A stretch of 64,000 bases of DNA from contig CAYLHS010000001.1 in assembly GCA_964383535.1 (NCBI GenBank), positions 20,026 to 84,025 on the forward strand, in the 5' to 3' direction. Origin of the DNA: an uncultured Acidimicrobiia bacterium (GTDB lineage Bacteria > Actinomycetota > Acidimicrobiia > Spongiisociales > UBA4744). The number at the start of each line of letters is the position of its first letter. Positions within the stretch are counted from its first letter, which is position 1. The notes below the pieces were generated by a model that worked only from the letters and a program-made list of their open reading frames with translations, ran no database searches and was not told the DNA's origin. A program made the translations under genes and the position numbers. Shown here in pieces: positions 37,764-47,897 of this stretch.

Positions 37764-39248
37764 ATGAGTTCCGGCCGCAATAGCGAGGATCTCGCGGTAC
37801 TTGGCACCGAAACCGAGTTCGGCATCACCATCGAGGGGCGAACCCAGGACAGTGCGGTGCTCTCGTCAGGGTTGGTCGTCCAATCTTCGCCGGACGGTGT
37901 TCCCGTGCGGTGGTCGCTCACAGAAGAATCGCCCGGCCGGGATGCCCGGGGAAGGCGGTACACGGTCCCCGTGGATGCTGATCCGGAAGCGCTCAACGCG
38001 TTGCTTCCGAACGGGGCCCGGCTCTACGTAGACCACGCCCACCCCGAGTACTCGACACCTGAGTGCTTGGGTGCACGCCAGGCCGCCCTGTACGACAAAG
38101 CAGGCGAGTTGGCCCTCGCGCGTGCCGCCCGCAACACGCAGCGTCTCCTCCCGTCGGGAGAGAGGGTGTCGATCTACAAGAACAACAGCGACGGCAAGGG
38201 CAACTCGTACGGCGCTCACGAGAACTACCTGGTCGACCGATCGGTACCGTTCTCGGACATCATCGACTACCTCACGACATTCCTCGTGACCCGCCAGATC
38301 TTCACTGGCTCCGGAAAGGTCGGCTCAGAGAATGGCCGGCCTACGGTCCCGTACCAGATCAGTCAACGAGCCGACTTCTTCGAAACGCGCGTCGGACTCG
38401 AGACGACGATTCGCCGTCCGATCATCAACACCCGCGACGAACCGCACAGCGACCCAGATCGGTTCCGCAGGCTCCACGTGATCATCGGAGACGCGAATCG
38501 CTCCGAACCTCAAGTCTTTCTCAAGCTCGGAGCGACGGCACTGATGCTTGCCGCCATCCAAGATGGAGCGCTTCCCGACAGGCTGGAACTCGACGATCCC
38601 GTCTCGGCCACATGGGAGGTCAGCCACGACCGTGGATTGAGCCACCGGCTTCGACTTGCCGACGGGTCGTCGGCGACCGCTCTCGAGCTTCAGTGGCAGT
38701 ACCTCGACTGGCTGAGCAAGTACGCAGAAGCCGGGTCCAGGCCGGACGAGGGAGCGCTCGATGTGTGGCGAGGAGTCCTCGAGGACTTGGAGATCGACCC
38801 CCTACGCACCGCAGACCGTCTCGACTGGACGGCCAAACTGCGCATCATGGAGGCCTACCAAGCGCGCGAGGGCATAGGGTGGGATCATGCAAGGGTCCGC
38901 GCACTCGACCTGCAATACCACGACGTGGACCCTGCCAAGGGTCTCTACGACCGCCTCGTGGCAAGAGGATCCATCGAGCGGCTCTTCGACGACCACCAGG
39001 TCGCGATGGCACTGGAGGAACCGCCAGGCGAAACGAGGGCGTATTTTCGTGGCAGGTGTGTGCGGAAATTCGGATCCTCCATCATGTCCGCCAACTGGGA
39101 TTCGCTGGTCTTCGACACGGGTGAAACCACATACAAGCGAGTGCCTATGATGGATCCCCTGAGAGGCGACGCCGATCGAGTGGCCGATGTGATCGATACA
39201 TCGGAGGACGTCATGTCGCTGATCGAAGCACTAGGAAGCGAACAATGA
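37764..39248 (+). CDS. dop: Pup deamidase/depupylase
   Basis: GTETEFG N-terminus, carboxylate-amine ligase fold with the Dop-specific insertion; 494 aa; stop overlaps the pup ATG. Confidence 0.9.
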   Translation: MSSGRNSEDLAVLGTETEFGITIEGRTQDSAVLSSGLVVQSSPDGVPVRWSLTEESPGRDARGRRYTVPVDADPEALNALLPNGARLYVDHAHPEYSTPECLGARQAALYDKAGELALARAARNTQRLLPSGERVSIYKNNSDGKGNSYGAHENYLVDRSVPFSDIIDYLTTFLVTRQIFTGSGKVGSENGRPTVPYQISQRADFFETRVGLETTIRRPIINTRDEPHSDPDRFRRLHVIIGDANRSEPQVFLKLGATALMLAAIQDGALPDRLELDDPVSATWEVSHDRGLSHRLRLADGSSATALELQWQYLDWLSKYAEAGSRPDEGALDVWRGVLEDLEIDPLRTADRLDWTAKLRIMEAYQAREGIGWDHARVRALDLQYHDVDPAKGLYDRLVARGSIERLFDDHQVAMALEEPPGETRAYFRGRCVRKFGSSIMSANWDSLVFDTGETTYKRVPMMDPLRGDADRVADVIDTSEDVMSLIEALGSEQ

Positions 39249-39424
39249 AAGAACAGACCCGCAAGCCTCATCCCGAGGAAGAACAACCTCCTGAGCAGGA
39301 CATCCCGGCGGCGCCTCAGGCCGACACCGGCGACCTGGACGATCTCCTCGACGAGATCGACGACGTTCTGGAAGAGAACGCAGAGGAGTTCGTCAGGAAC
39401 TACGTACAGAAGGGCGGAGAGTGA
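39245..39424 (+). CDS. pup: prokaryotic ubiquitin-like protein Pup (C-terminal GGE)
   Basis: 59 aa: MKEQTRKPHPEEEQPP...DDLLDEIDDVLEENAEEFVRNYVQKGGE*; ATGA overlap with the dop stop and GTGA overlap with the prcB start. Not in the ORF track (under 60 aa). Confidence 0.85.
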   Translation: MKEQTRKPHPEEEQPPEQDIPAAPQADTGDLDDLLDEIDDVLEENAEEFVRNYVQKGGE

Positions 39425-40182
39425 TCGAACGTCCGACCTCGAGTTTCACCGATCTCCTCCAATCGCTCGGGCTGGAACCCAAGTGGAGCATCCCGGACGG
39501 TAGCGGGGCGCTGGAGGCGCCAATCGCGACGACGGTCCTGGCCCTGAGGTTCGCCGACGGTGTGGTGATGGTGGGCGACCGTCAGGCGACCGAAGGACAC
39601 CTCGTAGCCCACAGAACCATCCGGAAGGTGTTCGAGGCGGATCGATTCTCGGCTGTGGCGATCTCAGGGACGGCGGGCATCGCCGTCGATCTCGTTCGTC
39701 TCTTCCAGACAGAACTCGAGCACTATGAGAAGCTCGAAGGCACGAGGCTCAGCCTGGACGGCAAGGCGACCTACCTCGGCCGCATGGTTCGACAGCAACT
39801 TCCCCTCGTCTTCCAAGGTCTTGTCGTGGTTCCATTGTTTGCCGGCTACGACGAAAGCGACAAGATTGGCCGGCTCTATACGTTCGACGTCGTCGGCGGC
39901 CGGTACGAGGAACGTGAGTATGGCGCGACCGGCTCGGGGTCAAGGGACGCGAAAGCGTATCTGCGCTCGGCGTATGCACCTGAGCTCGACGAAGCCGGCG
40001 CACTCGAGGTCGGGGTGCGAGCACTCGTCGCCGCCGCGCAGGTCGATACGGCGACCGGTGGACCGGACCTGGCTCGAGGGATCCTTCCGAATGTGGTGAC
40101 CGTGACCGAACGAGGATTCGAGGAAATCGATGAGGACGTCGTGGGCGATCTCGCGTCTGCGGCATTGGAGACAATCAGATGA
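39421..40182 (+). CDS. prcB: 20S proteasome beta subunit
   Basis: Propeptide then catalytic Thr in ...APIATTVLALRFADGVVMVGDRQAT. Confidence 0.9.
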   Translation: MIERPTSSFTDLLQSLGLEPKWSIPDGSGALEAPIATTVLALRFADGVVMVGDRQATEGHLVAHRTIRKVFEADRFSAVAISGTAGIAVDLVRLFQTELEHYEKLEGTRLSLDGKATYLGRMVRQQLPLVFQGLVVVPLFAGYDESDKIGRLYTFDVVGGRYEEREYGATGSGSRDAKAYLRSAYAPELDEAGALEVGVRALVAAAQVDTATGGPDLARGILPNVVTVTERGFEEIDEDVVGDLASAALETIR

Positions 40183-40853
40183 GTGTCCCCTTCTACGTTC
40201 CGCCTGAGCAACTCGTGAAGGACCGCGCCGAGTTCGCGCGCAAGGGAATCGCGCGTGGCCGCTCGATCGTTGCGATCGAGTACGACCAGGGGATCCTGAT
40301 CTTCGCTGAGAACCCGAGCGACACACTGCACAAGATCAGCGAGATCTATGACAGAGTGGCATTCGCAGGGGTCGGGAAATTCAACGAGTTCGAGAGTCTT
40401 CGAGTTGCCGGAACACGCCACGCCGACCTTCGTGGCTACCTCTACAGCAGGTTCGATGTGAGCGCGAAAACACTGGCAAACGCGTTTTCCCAGACGCTTG
40501 GCAACATCTTCACCCACGAAGTCAAACCGTACGAGGTGGAGATCCTCGTTGCGGAACTCGGCATCAACGGCGACCCGAACCATCTCTACCGTGTCACATA
40601 TGACGGAACCCTGTCCGACGAGCGGTACGTGTGCGCGATCGGCGGGCAATTCGAGGCCCTCGACGAGTCGCTGCGCGGTGCGTCCTTCGCCCCGAAGCCC
40701 CTCGCGGTGACTATTCGCCGGGTCGCTGAGGTCTTCGGCCAGGTCCTTGACCGGGAGGTCGACGGTTGGGAGGCCGCGGTGCTGGACGGTACGAAACACC
40801 GTCGGGTGTTCCGGCGGCTCTCGGACACCGACGTGGACGCCGCGCTCTCCTGA
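40179..40853 (+). CDS. prcA: 20S proteasome alpha subunit
   Basis: Start overlaps the prcB stop; alpha-subunit fold (YDRVAFAGVGKFNEFE...). Confidence 0.9.
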   Translation: MSVPFYVPPEQLVKDRAEFARKGIARGRSIVAIEYDQGILIFAENPSDTLHKISEIYDRVAFAGVGKFNEFESLRVAGTRHADLRGYLYSRFDVSAKTLANAFSQTLGNIFTHEVKPYEVEILVAELGINGDPNHLYRVTYDGTLSDERYVCAIGGQFEALDESLRGASFAPKPLAVTIRRVAEVFGQVLDREVDGWEAAVLDGTKHRRVFRRLSDTDVDAALS

Positions 40854-40871
40854 CCGGCGTACCCTGAGTCG

Positions 40872-42227
40872 ATGCAGCGCCGCATCTATGGACTCGAAAC
40901 CGAATACGGGGTCACGTGCACTCTCCGAGGGCAGCGGAGGCTGAGTCCCGATGAGGCCGCCCGCTACCTGTTCCGCAGAGTGGTGAGCTGGGGCAGATCC
41001 TCGAACGTGTTCCTCGAGAACGGCGCCCGGCTGTACCTCGATGTCGGAAGTCATCCCGAGTACGCGACACCGGAGTGCGACACCATCGGAGATCTCGTCG
41101 CAGCGGACAAGGCGGGTGAGCGGGTCCTGCACGAACTCGTCGGCGAAGCCCAGGCACGGCTTGGAGAAGAAGGAATCTCCGGAGAGATCTACCTGTTCAA
41201 GAACAACACCGACTCGGCAGGCAACTCGTACGGCTGTCATGAGAACTACCTCGTCAGAAGGGAAGCGAACTTCGCAGCGACCATCGACGCGCTTCTCCCG
41301 TTTCTGGTGACACGACAGATCTACACAGGTGCGGGGAAGCTGCTCCGGACCGCGCGGGGCGTTCGGTTCACGATCTCCCAGCGCGCCGAGCACGTCTGGG
41401 AGGGGGTGTCGTCCGCAACGACGCGCAGCCGCCCGATCGTCAACACGCGGGACGAACCCCACGCTGATGCCGCCATATTCCGACGACTGCACGTGATCGC
41501 AGGCGACTCGAACATGTCGGAACAGGTCACCTACACGAAAGTCGGTGTGGTGGGCGCGCTCCTCCAGATGCTCGAAGCCGGCAAGACGTTCAGAGCGCTG
41601 GATCTCGAGAATCCGATCAGGGCCATCAGAGAGATCAGCGCGGACCCGACATGCAGACGGCGTGTGCGCCTGGCAAACGGCCGTGAACTGTCTGCACTCG
41701 ACATCCAATGGGAGTACCTCGACGAGGTATCCCGATACGGCAGGCTCCATGGATTCCCCCCGTCGATCGAGGCCGCGGTCCGATACTGGGAACAGATGCT
41801 CGTCGGCATCGAAAAGGACCCGATGTCGCTCGCCGACCAACTCGACTGGGCGGCGAAGTGGAGCCTGATCGAGGCATACCGGAGCCGCCACGAGCTCTCG
41901 CTGTCGAATCCGAAGCTCGCAATGATGGATCTCGCCTACCACGACATCGATCCGGATCGTGGCCTCTATCACCTCTTGCTGCGCGCCGGGCGCATGCGTC
42001 GAGCAGTTGACGACGAGGCGATCCAACGCTTCACACTGGAACCTCCGACGACCACTCGAGCGAGACTGCGCGGGAGTTTCATCAAGGCAGCAAAGGCTGC
42101 CGGGCGTGACTTCACTGTGGACTGGGTCCATCTGAAGCTCAACGATCAAGCAAAACGCACGATCCTCTGCAAGGACCCGTTCGTACACACGGACAGGCGG
42201 GTGGAGAGACTGATCGAAGGCCTTTGA
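40872..42227 (+). CDS. pafA: Pup-protein ligase
   Basis: [17 protein letters not shown]...[32 protein letters not shown] is near-identical in pattern to mycobacterial PafA. Confidence 0.9.
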   Translation: MQRRIYGLETEYGVTCTLRGQRRLSPDEAARYLFRRVVSWGRSSNVFLENGARLYLDVGSHPEYATPECDTIGDLVAADKAGERVLHELVGEAQARLGEEGISGEIYLFKNNTDSAGNSYGCHENYLVRREANFAATIDALLPFLVTRQIYTGAGKLLRTARGVRFTISQRAEHVWEGVSSATTRSRPIVNTRDEPHADAAIFRRLHVIAGDSNMSEQVTYTKVGVVGALLQMLEAGKTFRALDLENPIRAIREISADPTCRRRVRLANGRELSALDIQWEYLDEVSRYGRLHGFPPSIEAAVRYWEQMLVGIEKDPMSLADQLDWAAKWSLIEAYRSRHELSLSNPKLAMMDLAYHDIDPDRGLYHLLLRAGRMRRAVDDEAIQRFTLEPPTTTRARLRGSFIKAAKAAGRDFTVDWVHLKLNDQAKRTILCKDPFVHTDRRVERLIEGL

Positions 42228-42273
42228 CGAGGTACTTCAAAGGGGGGCGGGGTACCCCTACAGTTGCCAGGGC

Positions 42274-43182
42274 ATGCGACGCGTCATCGAACGGCTCTTG
42301 AATCTGCTCGCCTTCCTGCTCACTGCGGAACGGCCTGTCACTGCCGAGGAGATTCGGGTGACGGTGGCCGGATACGCGAACGAGTCCGACGAGGCGTTCC
42401 ACAGGATGTTCGAGCGGGACAAGGCGCTGCTTCGACGAATGGGCATACCCCTCGAGCTCAGAGCGACCGATGGCTGGGAGGTCGAGTACGGGTACGCGCT
42501 GCAGCCAGACGAGTATCAGCTCCCAGACCCGGATCTCAACGACGAAGAACGCGCAGCGTTGTGGCTTGCAGCTCAGGTCGTGCGCCTTGGGGGACAACCC
42601 GCGGGACCGGACGCCCTGCTCAAACTCGGAGGGTTGACAATGGCGGGGGGAGGCGAGCCATTGGCCGCCGATCTCGGGCTGGAGACCGGCGACCTGGAGA
42701 CCGCGTTTCACGCCGCGACCGAACGAAGAGAGTTGTCGTTCGACTACCACGGTCGAACCCGGACGGTGCAGCCCATGGGCATCCTCCACCAGCGGGGGCA
42801 CTGGTACCTCGTTGCTTTTGAAGCGGGCGTACAACGGTCTTTCAGAGTCGACAAGGCCGCGCGGCTGGTCCTGGGTGAGCGGGCCGGGGCCTTCACTCGG
42901 CCAAAGGGGTTCCGTCTGCGCGACGCCGTGCCGGTCGAGCCGTGGGCGATCGGTGAGGCGGACGTCGTCGCCAGGGTGCTGTTCGATCCCGACGCGGCAT
43001 GGTGGGCCAGACGCCAACTCACCGGTGGGGTCACCGAGCTCGACGACGGCTCACTCGAGGCCACAGTCACCGTTGCAAACCCCGACGCGTTCATCGGGTG
43101 GTTGTTGAGCTTCGAAGACAAGGCCGAGATCGTCGAGCCTCCGGAACTTCGGGCAATGCTCATCGAACGAGTACGCCAATGA
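42274..43182 (+). CDS. pafB: WYL-domain transcriptional regulator
   Basis: HTH + WYL architecture immediately after pafA. Confidence 0.8.
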   Translation: MRRVIERLLNLLAFLLTAERPVTAEEIRVTVAGYANESDEAFHRMFERDKALLRRMGIPLELRATDGWEVEYGYALQPDEYQLPDPDLNDEERAALWLAAQVVRLGGQPAGPDALLKLGGLTMAGGGEPLAADLGLETGDLETAFHAATERRELSFDYHGRTRTVQPMGILHQRGHWYLVAFEAGVQRSFRVDKAARLVLGERAGAFTRPKGFRLRDAVPVEPWAIGEADVVARVLFDPDAAWWARRQLTGGVTELDDGSLEATVTVANPDAFIGWLLSFEDKAEIVEPPELRAMLIERVRQ

Positions 43183-44096
43183 GCCGGACGGCGCAACGCC
43201 TGACGCGGATCCTCTCGATGGTCCCATGGGTGATCGCTCATCCGGGAGCGACCGTCACCGGCGTGTGCGAACGGTTCGGCTACACGAAAGACGAATTGAT
43301 CGCCGACCTCAACCTGGTGTTCGTCTGCGGACTGCCCGGGTACGGGCCCGGCGACCTGATGGTGGCATACGTCGAGGACGACGAAGTCGTCATCGACATG
43401 GCCGACTACTTCTCGCGAGCATTGCGGCTCAGTATGTCGGAAGCACTCGCTCTGCTCGCCGCGGCAGAAACCCTCATGGCGACCGATCAGGCGCCGCCCG
43501 CCCTCAGGAGCGCGGTGGTGAAGCTCACCCGGGTGCTCGGCATCGAGTCCGACGAGACGATCGCGATCGAGATCGACAGCGAGAGTTCGATCGTCACGAC
43601 ACTGCGCTCCGCCGCCGCGGAGGGACGCGTCGTCGACCTGACCTACACATCACTCTCCAAGGGAGAGACCACCAGACGGCTGATCGAGCCCTGGTCGGTC
43701 TTCACCACGCTGGGAAACTGGTATGTGTCCGCCTACTGCAGGACGGCACGGGCAGAGCGCGTGTTTCGCATGGATCGGATCCGCTCGGTCGAAGCGACGG
43801 GGGAGCGTTTCGCTCCCAATCCGGACCCACCTGCACCCGTGGTCCGATACACCCCGTCCGAGGACGACGTGCAGGCCACCATTCGCCTCGGACCGCGTGC
43901 CGCCTGGGTCGCCGACTACTACCCGGTCGACGTGATCGACACGGATCCTCTCACCGTCCGTTTCTCAACATCGGATGCCGGTGTCGCCGCCAGGCTGCTG
44001 GTACGACTGGGAGGTGACGCCGTCCTCGTGAAGGGCCCCGAAGTCCGCGAGGCGACGGCCTCACTGCGAAAACGCATCCTCACTAGATACGTGTGA
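43179..44096 (+). CDS. pafC: WYL-domain transcriptional regulator
   Basis: ATGA overlap with the pafB stop; start reset to MSRTAQRLTRILSMVPW. Confidence 0.8.
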   Translation: MSRTAQRLTRILSMVPWVIAHPGATVTGVCERFGYTKDELIADLNLVFVCGLPGYGPGDLMVAYVEDDEVVIDMADYFSRALRLSMSEALALLAAAETLMATDQAPPALRSAVVKLTRVLGIESDETIAIEIDSESSIVTTLRSAAAEGRVVDLTYTSLSKGETTRRLIEPWSVFTTLGNWYVSAYCRTARAERVFRMDRIRSVEATGERFAPNPDPPAPVVRYTPSEDDVQATIRLGPRAAWVADYYPVDVIDTDPLTVRFSTSDAGVAARLLVRLGGDAVLVKGPEVREATASLRKRILTRYV

Positions 44097-44172
44097 CCAT
44101 TTCGCATTAGTCACTACAGGGCGCAGCCGGCTGGACCGATACACGTGTCATGAACGGTGAGCGGAGCGCCGA

Positions 44173-44466
44173 ATGACCACTATCAAGACGACGTGCCAAC
44201 ACTGCGGTGACATCGAACTGCACCCCGACGATCTTGCACTCGAGCTGGACCCGACGGGTGACCAGGGGAGCTACCTCTTTGTGTGTCCCGAATGTGGAGA
44301 TTTGCAGCGACGCCCGGCAAACAACCGGGTCGTCAACGTCCTGCTCGCAACCGGCGTCAGCTACGACGTGATCGTGCCGGAGCCCGGACCAATCACCGAC
44401 GAGGAGATCTCCCGATTCGTCGACGCCCTCGACCGGGAAGAAGAGTTCTGGAGGATGCTCGCCTAG
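44173..44466 (+). CDS. zinc-ribbon protein (CxxC-x29-CxxC), hypothetical, between pafC and tatA
   Basis: MTTIKTTCQHCGDIELHPDD...FVCPECGDLQRRPANNRV...: 97 aa with an acidic C-terminus; a GAGCGGAG ribosome-binding site lies upstream. Confidence 0.5.
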   Translation: MTTIKTTCQHCGDIELHPDDLALELDPTGDQGSYLFVCPECGDLQRRPANNRVVNVLLATGVSYDVIVPEPGPITDEEISRFVDALDREEEFWRMLA

Positions 44467-44504
44467 TGACGCTTGGGCGGCCCCATCCCTAACATGAGAG
44501 CCTT

Positions 44505-44789
44505 GTGCTCTTCGATGTCAGCCCTTCCGAACTGATCGTCATCCTTCTCGTTGCCTTGATCGTGTTCGGACCGAAACGACTGCCCGAGATGGCCAGGAAA
44601 CTCTCGTCGATCGTACGCGAGATCCAGGGCGCCGCCGGCGAGCTGCAGCGTGGACTCGAAAAAGAAGTCCGGGAACTGACCGACCCGATCAGGGAAGCCA
44701 CGAAACCACTGCGGGAGCTGTCTGCTGCACCGGACACAGACGCTCAGGACCACTCCACGTCCGGGGACACACCTCCCGAAGATGAGTGA
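44505..44789 (+). CDS. tatA: twin-arginine translocase subunit TatA/E
   Basis: GTG start; a single TM helix ending in the hinge FGPKRLPE, then an amphipathic helix. Confidence 0.8.
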   Translation: MLFDVSPSELIVILLVALIVFGPKRLPEMARKLSSIVREIQGAAGELQRGLEKEVRELTDPIREATKPLRELSAAPDTDAQDHSTSGDTPPEDE

Positions 44790-45495
44790 GGACACGCCGC
44801 GTTCGGTCGTCGAGCATCTGGAGGAGCTTCGCTGGCGGCTCGTGAAGAGCGCAGTCGCCATCGCGATCGGGGCGATCGTCGCATTCATCTTCCGTGCGTG
44901 GATCTTCGACGCCCTGGCCCGGCCGTATCACCTCGCGCTCCCGGGGCAGGACCTGAACCAGTTCGAGGTGACCGAAGGGTTCTCAGTCGCGATGCGGCTG
45001 TCCATGTTCGGCGGACTCTTCCTCGCAAGCCCCGTCCTCTTCTATCAGGTGTGGGCATACATCAACCCCGCACTCACCAAGCGGGAGCGGAAGTGGACGG
45101 TTCCAATCATCTCGGCGCTCGTTCTGCTGTTCTCGGCCGGCGTCGCGTTCGGTTACTACATCCTCCCGCGAGGGCTGGTATTCCTCCTGGGGATTCAACC
45201 GGGGCTCAACGCGGTGATCGGGGCATCGGACTACTTCGGCCTCGCGCTGCGATTCTTGCTGGTCTTCGGTCTCGCCTTCGAGTTCCCCGTATTCATCTTC
45301 GCTGCGGCTGCCGCGGGCCTGGTCTCGTCTGAGAAACTCGGACAGGGGCGTCGCTGGGCCGTTCTGATCATCGTCATCGTCGGCGCGGTCGTGACCCCGA
45401 CAGGCGACCCCTTGACGCTCACTGCCCTCTCTGTTCCGCTCTACCTGTTGTACGAGGCGACCATCTGGGTCGTCAAGCTCGCCCTTCACAAATGA
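44782..45495 (+). CDS. tatC: twin-arginine translocase subunit TatC
   Basis: Six TM helices; LEELRWRL N-terminal motif. Confidence 0.85.
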   Translation: MSEDTPRSVVEHLEELRWRLVKSAVAIAIGAIVAFIFRAWIFDALARPYHLALPGQDLNQFEVTEGFSVAMRLSMFGGLFLASPVLFYQVWAYINPALTKRERKWTVPIISALVLLFSAGVAFGYYILPRGLVFLLGIQPGLNAVIGASDYFGLALRFLLVFGLAFEFPVFIFAAAAAGLVSSEKLGQGRRWAVLIIVIVGAVVTPTGDPLTLTALSVPLYLLYEATIWVVKLALHK

Positions 45496-47897
45496 CCGGG
45501 TTCGAGCTGGATCCCTTTCAGCGAGAGGCATCTCGCGCCATCGCATCGGGCGAATCGGTCGTTGTCACCGCCCCGACGGGCTCTGGAAAGACGCTCGTTG
45601 CGGAGTTCGCGATCCAGGGAGCGCTGGAACGCAAACGGAAGGCGTTCTACACCACACCCCTGAAGGCGCTCTCCAACCAGAAGTTCAACGATTTCGGCCG
45701 CCTGTACCCGGACGTCGGGCTGCTCACGGGCGACAACACGATCAACGGCAGCGCATCGCTTGTCGTGATGACGACGGAGGTGCTGAGGAACATGATCTAT
45801 GCGAGTTCGTCGGCCCTGGATGATCTCGACGTCGTGGTCCTCGACGAGGTGCACTACCTTCAGGATCCGGCCAGGGGAGCGGTTTGGGAGGAGATCATCG
45901 TCCACGCGCCACCTGGCGTGCAACTGGTCTGTCTCTCTGCGACCGTGTCCAATGCAGACGAGTTCGCCGCGTGGGTACGAAGCCGTAGAGGCCCAACGAG
46001 ACTCATCCAAGAAGATCGCCGCCCGGTACCCCTGGTGAACCTGTACGCCCTGAAAGACCGATGGGACGATGAAGTGCTCCTCGAGCGCATGTTCGCCGAA
46101 GCGGCACCACACCGGAGTATCGAATCCCGGGTCAGCGGCAGAAGGGCGGGACGGTACACAACCCCTCGGCGGAACGAGACCATCTCGGCGTTGGCGGCGA
46201 GGGAGATGCTACCCACCATCTACTTCATCTTCTCGAGAGCCGGTTGCGACGACGCGGCCCGGCGGCTCGTCCAGGCCGGAGCCCGTTTCACCAACCCGAC
46301 CGAGATCGAAGAGATACGAGCCGTAGCCGAGCGTCACACGGCCCATCTCGACCCTAGGGATCTCGTGGCGCTCGGCTACGACGAATGGGTGTACGGGCTC
46401 GAAGCGGGAATCGCGCCACATCACGCGGGCATGGTTCCTGCATTCAAAGAAGTGGTCGAAGAGCTGTTCGCTCGTGGGCTCGTGAAGGTGGTCTTTGCCA
46501 CCGAAACCCTGTCGCTCGGCATCAACATGCCCGCTCGGACCGTCGTCCTCGAAAGCTTGAGCAGATTCACGGGGGAGACGCACGAGCTTCTCCGTCCCGG
46601 TGACTACACGCAGCTGACCGGGCGTGCTGGGAGGAGGGGAATCGACGAGGTGGGATACGGTGTGGTGCTTCACTCGAGGTACGTACCGTTCGCCAGAGTC
46701 GCCGAACTCGCGCGTGCGGGATCACATGCGCTCTCGTCGAGTTTCCGTCCGTCCTACAACATGGCCGTCAATCTCATCGCGAACTATCCGCGCAAACGTG
46801 CCGAGCAGCTCCTCGGCGCGTCCTTCGGTCAGTACCTCGCGTCGAAGGGGATCGCATCGAAGCGGCGGCTCCTCACACGTCAAGTGCGGGAACTCGGTGA
46901 CCTTCGTGCAAAGGCGACGTGTGAGCGAGGGGACGTAGGCGAGTACGTGCGGCAGTTGCCGCACGCGGGCTCCTTCGATGTAGGGGATATCCTCGAAACC
47001 GTCGGAGGTCGCGGCATCGTCGTGAAACGTCGGCACGGGAAACGAGTCGAACTGGTGATGGTGATGGAGGATGGCCGGCTCTCGACATTGACGCCTCGCG
47101 TCTTTCGCGGCGCGCAGAAGATCGGCTGGATGGCTGTCGAGGATGCTCGCAGGATGACGACTGACGGCTCGTACAGGCGCCACGTGGGTCGTCGGATCGC
47201 TTCGGCCGTACGGCAACATCCGGTCGCCTCATGTCCCGACCGCGCCACCCACGTCGCCTCGTACCAGCGGCTGGCGAAGCTCGAACGAAGGATCGACCGC
47301 CTTCGCGAGGAACTCGAGCGAACGAGCGGTGGCCTGATCGACGAACTCGACCGAATCCTCACACTCCTGGGTGCGTTGGGCTACGTGAACGGATGGTCCC
47401 TCAGCGAGCAGGGTGAAAGGCTCAGATCGATCTACTCGGACACAGACCTGCTGCTCTGCGAAGCGATTCGAAACGGGCTGCTCGACGATCTCGAACCGGC
47501 CGAGATGGCATCACTGATCTCGATGACGGTGTACGAGGCCCGGCGGGCCGAGTCGGCAGTGCAAGAGTGGCCGACATTCAGCCTGTCGAGCCGAGGAGAG
47601 CGGCTGGAGTCGTTGTGGGAAGTGCTCGTCGATCGCGAGCAATCCCTGCGGCTGCCAAGATCACGCCCTCCGGAGAGGGGCTTCGTGGATGCCGCCTACC
47701 GGTGGGCATCTGGTGCCGATCTCGACGAACTGCCGGGCGTCACCGACGCGGGGGACTTCGTGCGAACGTCGCGCCAGCTACTCGACGTGCTGCGCCAGGT
47801 GCGCGACGCGATTCCCGCGTACAGAATCCCAATCAGTGAAGCAATCGGTGCGATCGATCGGGGCGTGGTGGCGGCCCCCCGGTACGAACATGAGTGA
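45492..47897 (+). CDS. helY: Ski2-like DEAD/DEAH-box RNA helicase
   Basis: Walker A APTGSGKT, DEVH box, SAT; 801 aa; positioned after tatC as in mycobacteria. Confidence 0.85.
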   Translation: MTGFELDPFQREASRAIASGESVVVTAPTGSGKTLVAEFAIQGALERKRKAFYTTPLKALSNQKFNDFGRLYPDVGLLTGDNTINGSASLVVMTTEVLRNMIYASSSALDDLDVVVLDEVHYLQDPARGAVWEEIIVHAPPGVQLVCLSATVSNADEFAAWVRSRRGPTRLIQEDRRPVPLVNLYALKDRWDDEVLLERMFAEAAPHRSIESRVSGRRAGRYTTPRRNETISALAAREMLPTIYFIFSRAGCDDAARRLVQAGARFTNPTEIEEIRAVAERHTAHLDPRDLVALGYDEWVYGLEAGIAPHHAGMVPAFKEVVEELFARGLVKVVFATETLSLGINMPARTVVLESLSRFTGETHELLRPGDYTQLTGRAGRRGIDEVGYGVVLHSRYVPFARVAELARAGSHALSSSFRPSYNMAVNLIANYPRKRAEQLLGASFGQYLASKGIASKRRLLTRQVRELGDLRAKATCERGDVGEYVRQLPHAGSFDVGDILETVGGRGIVVKRRHGKRVELVMVMEDGRLSTLTPRVFRGAQKIGWMAVEDARRMTTDGSYRRHVGRRIASAVRQHPVASCPDRATHVASYQRLAKLERRIDRLREELERTSGGLIDELDRILTLLGALGYVNGWSLSEQGERLRSIYSDTDLLLCEAIRNGLLDDLEPAEMASLISMTVYEARRAESAVQEWPTFSLSSRGERLESLWEVLVDREQSLRLPRSRPPERGFVDAAYRWASGADLDELPGVTDAGDFVRTSRQLLDVLRQVRDAIPAYRIPISEAIGAIDRGVVAAPRYEHE

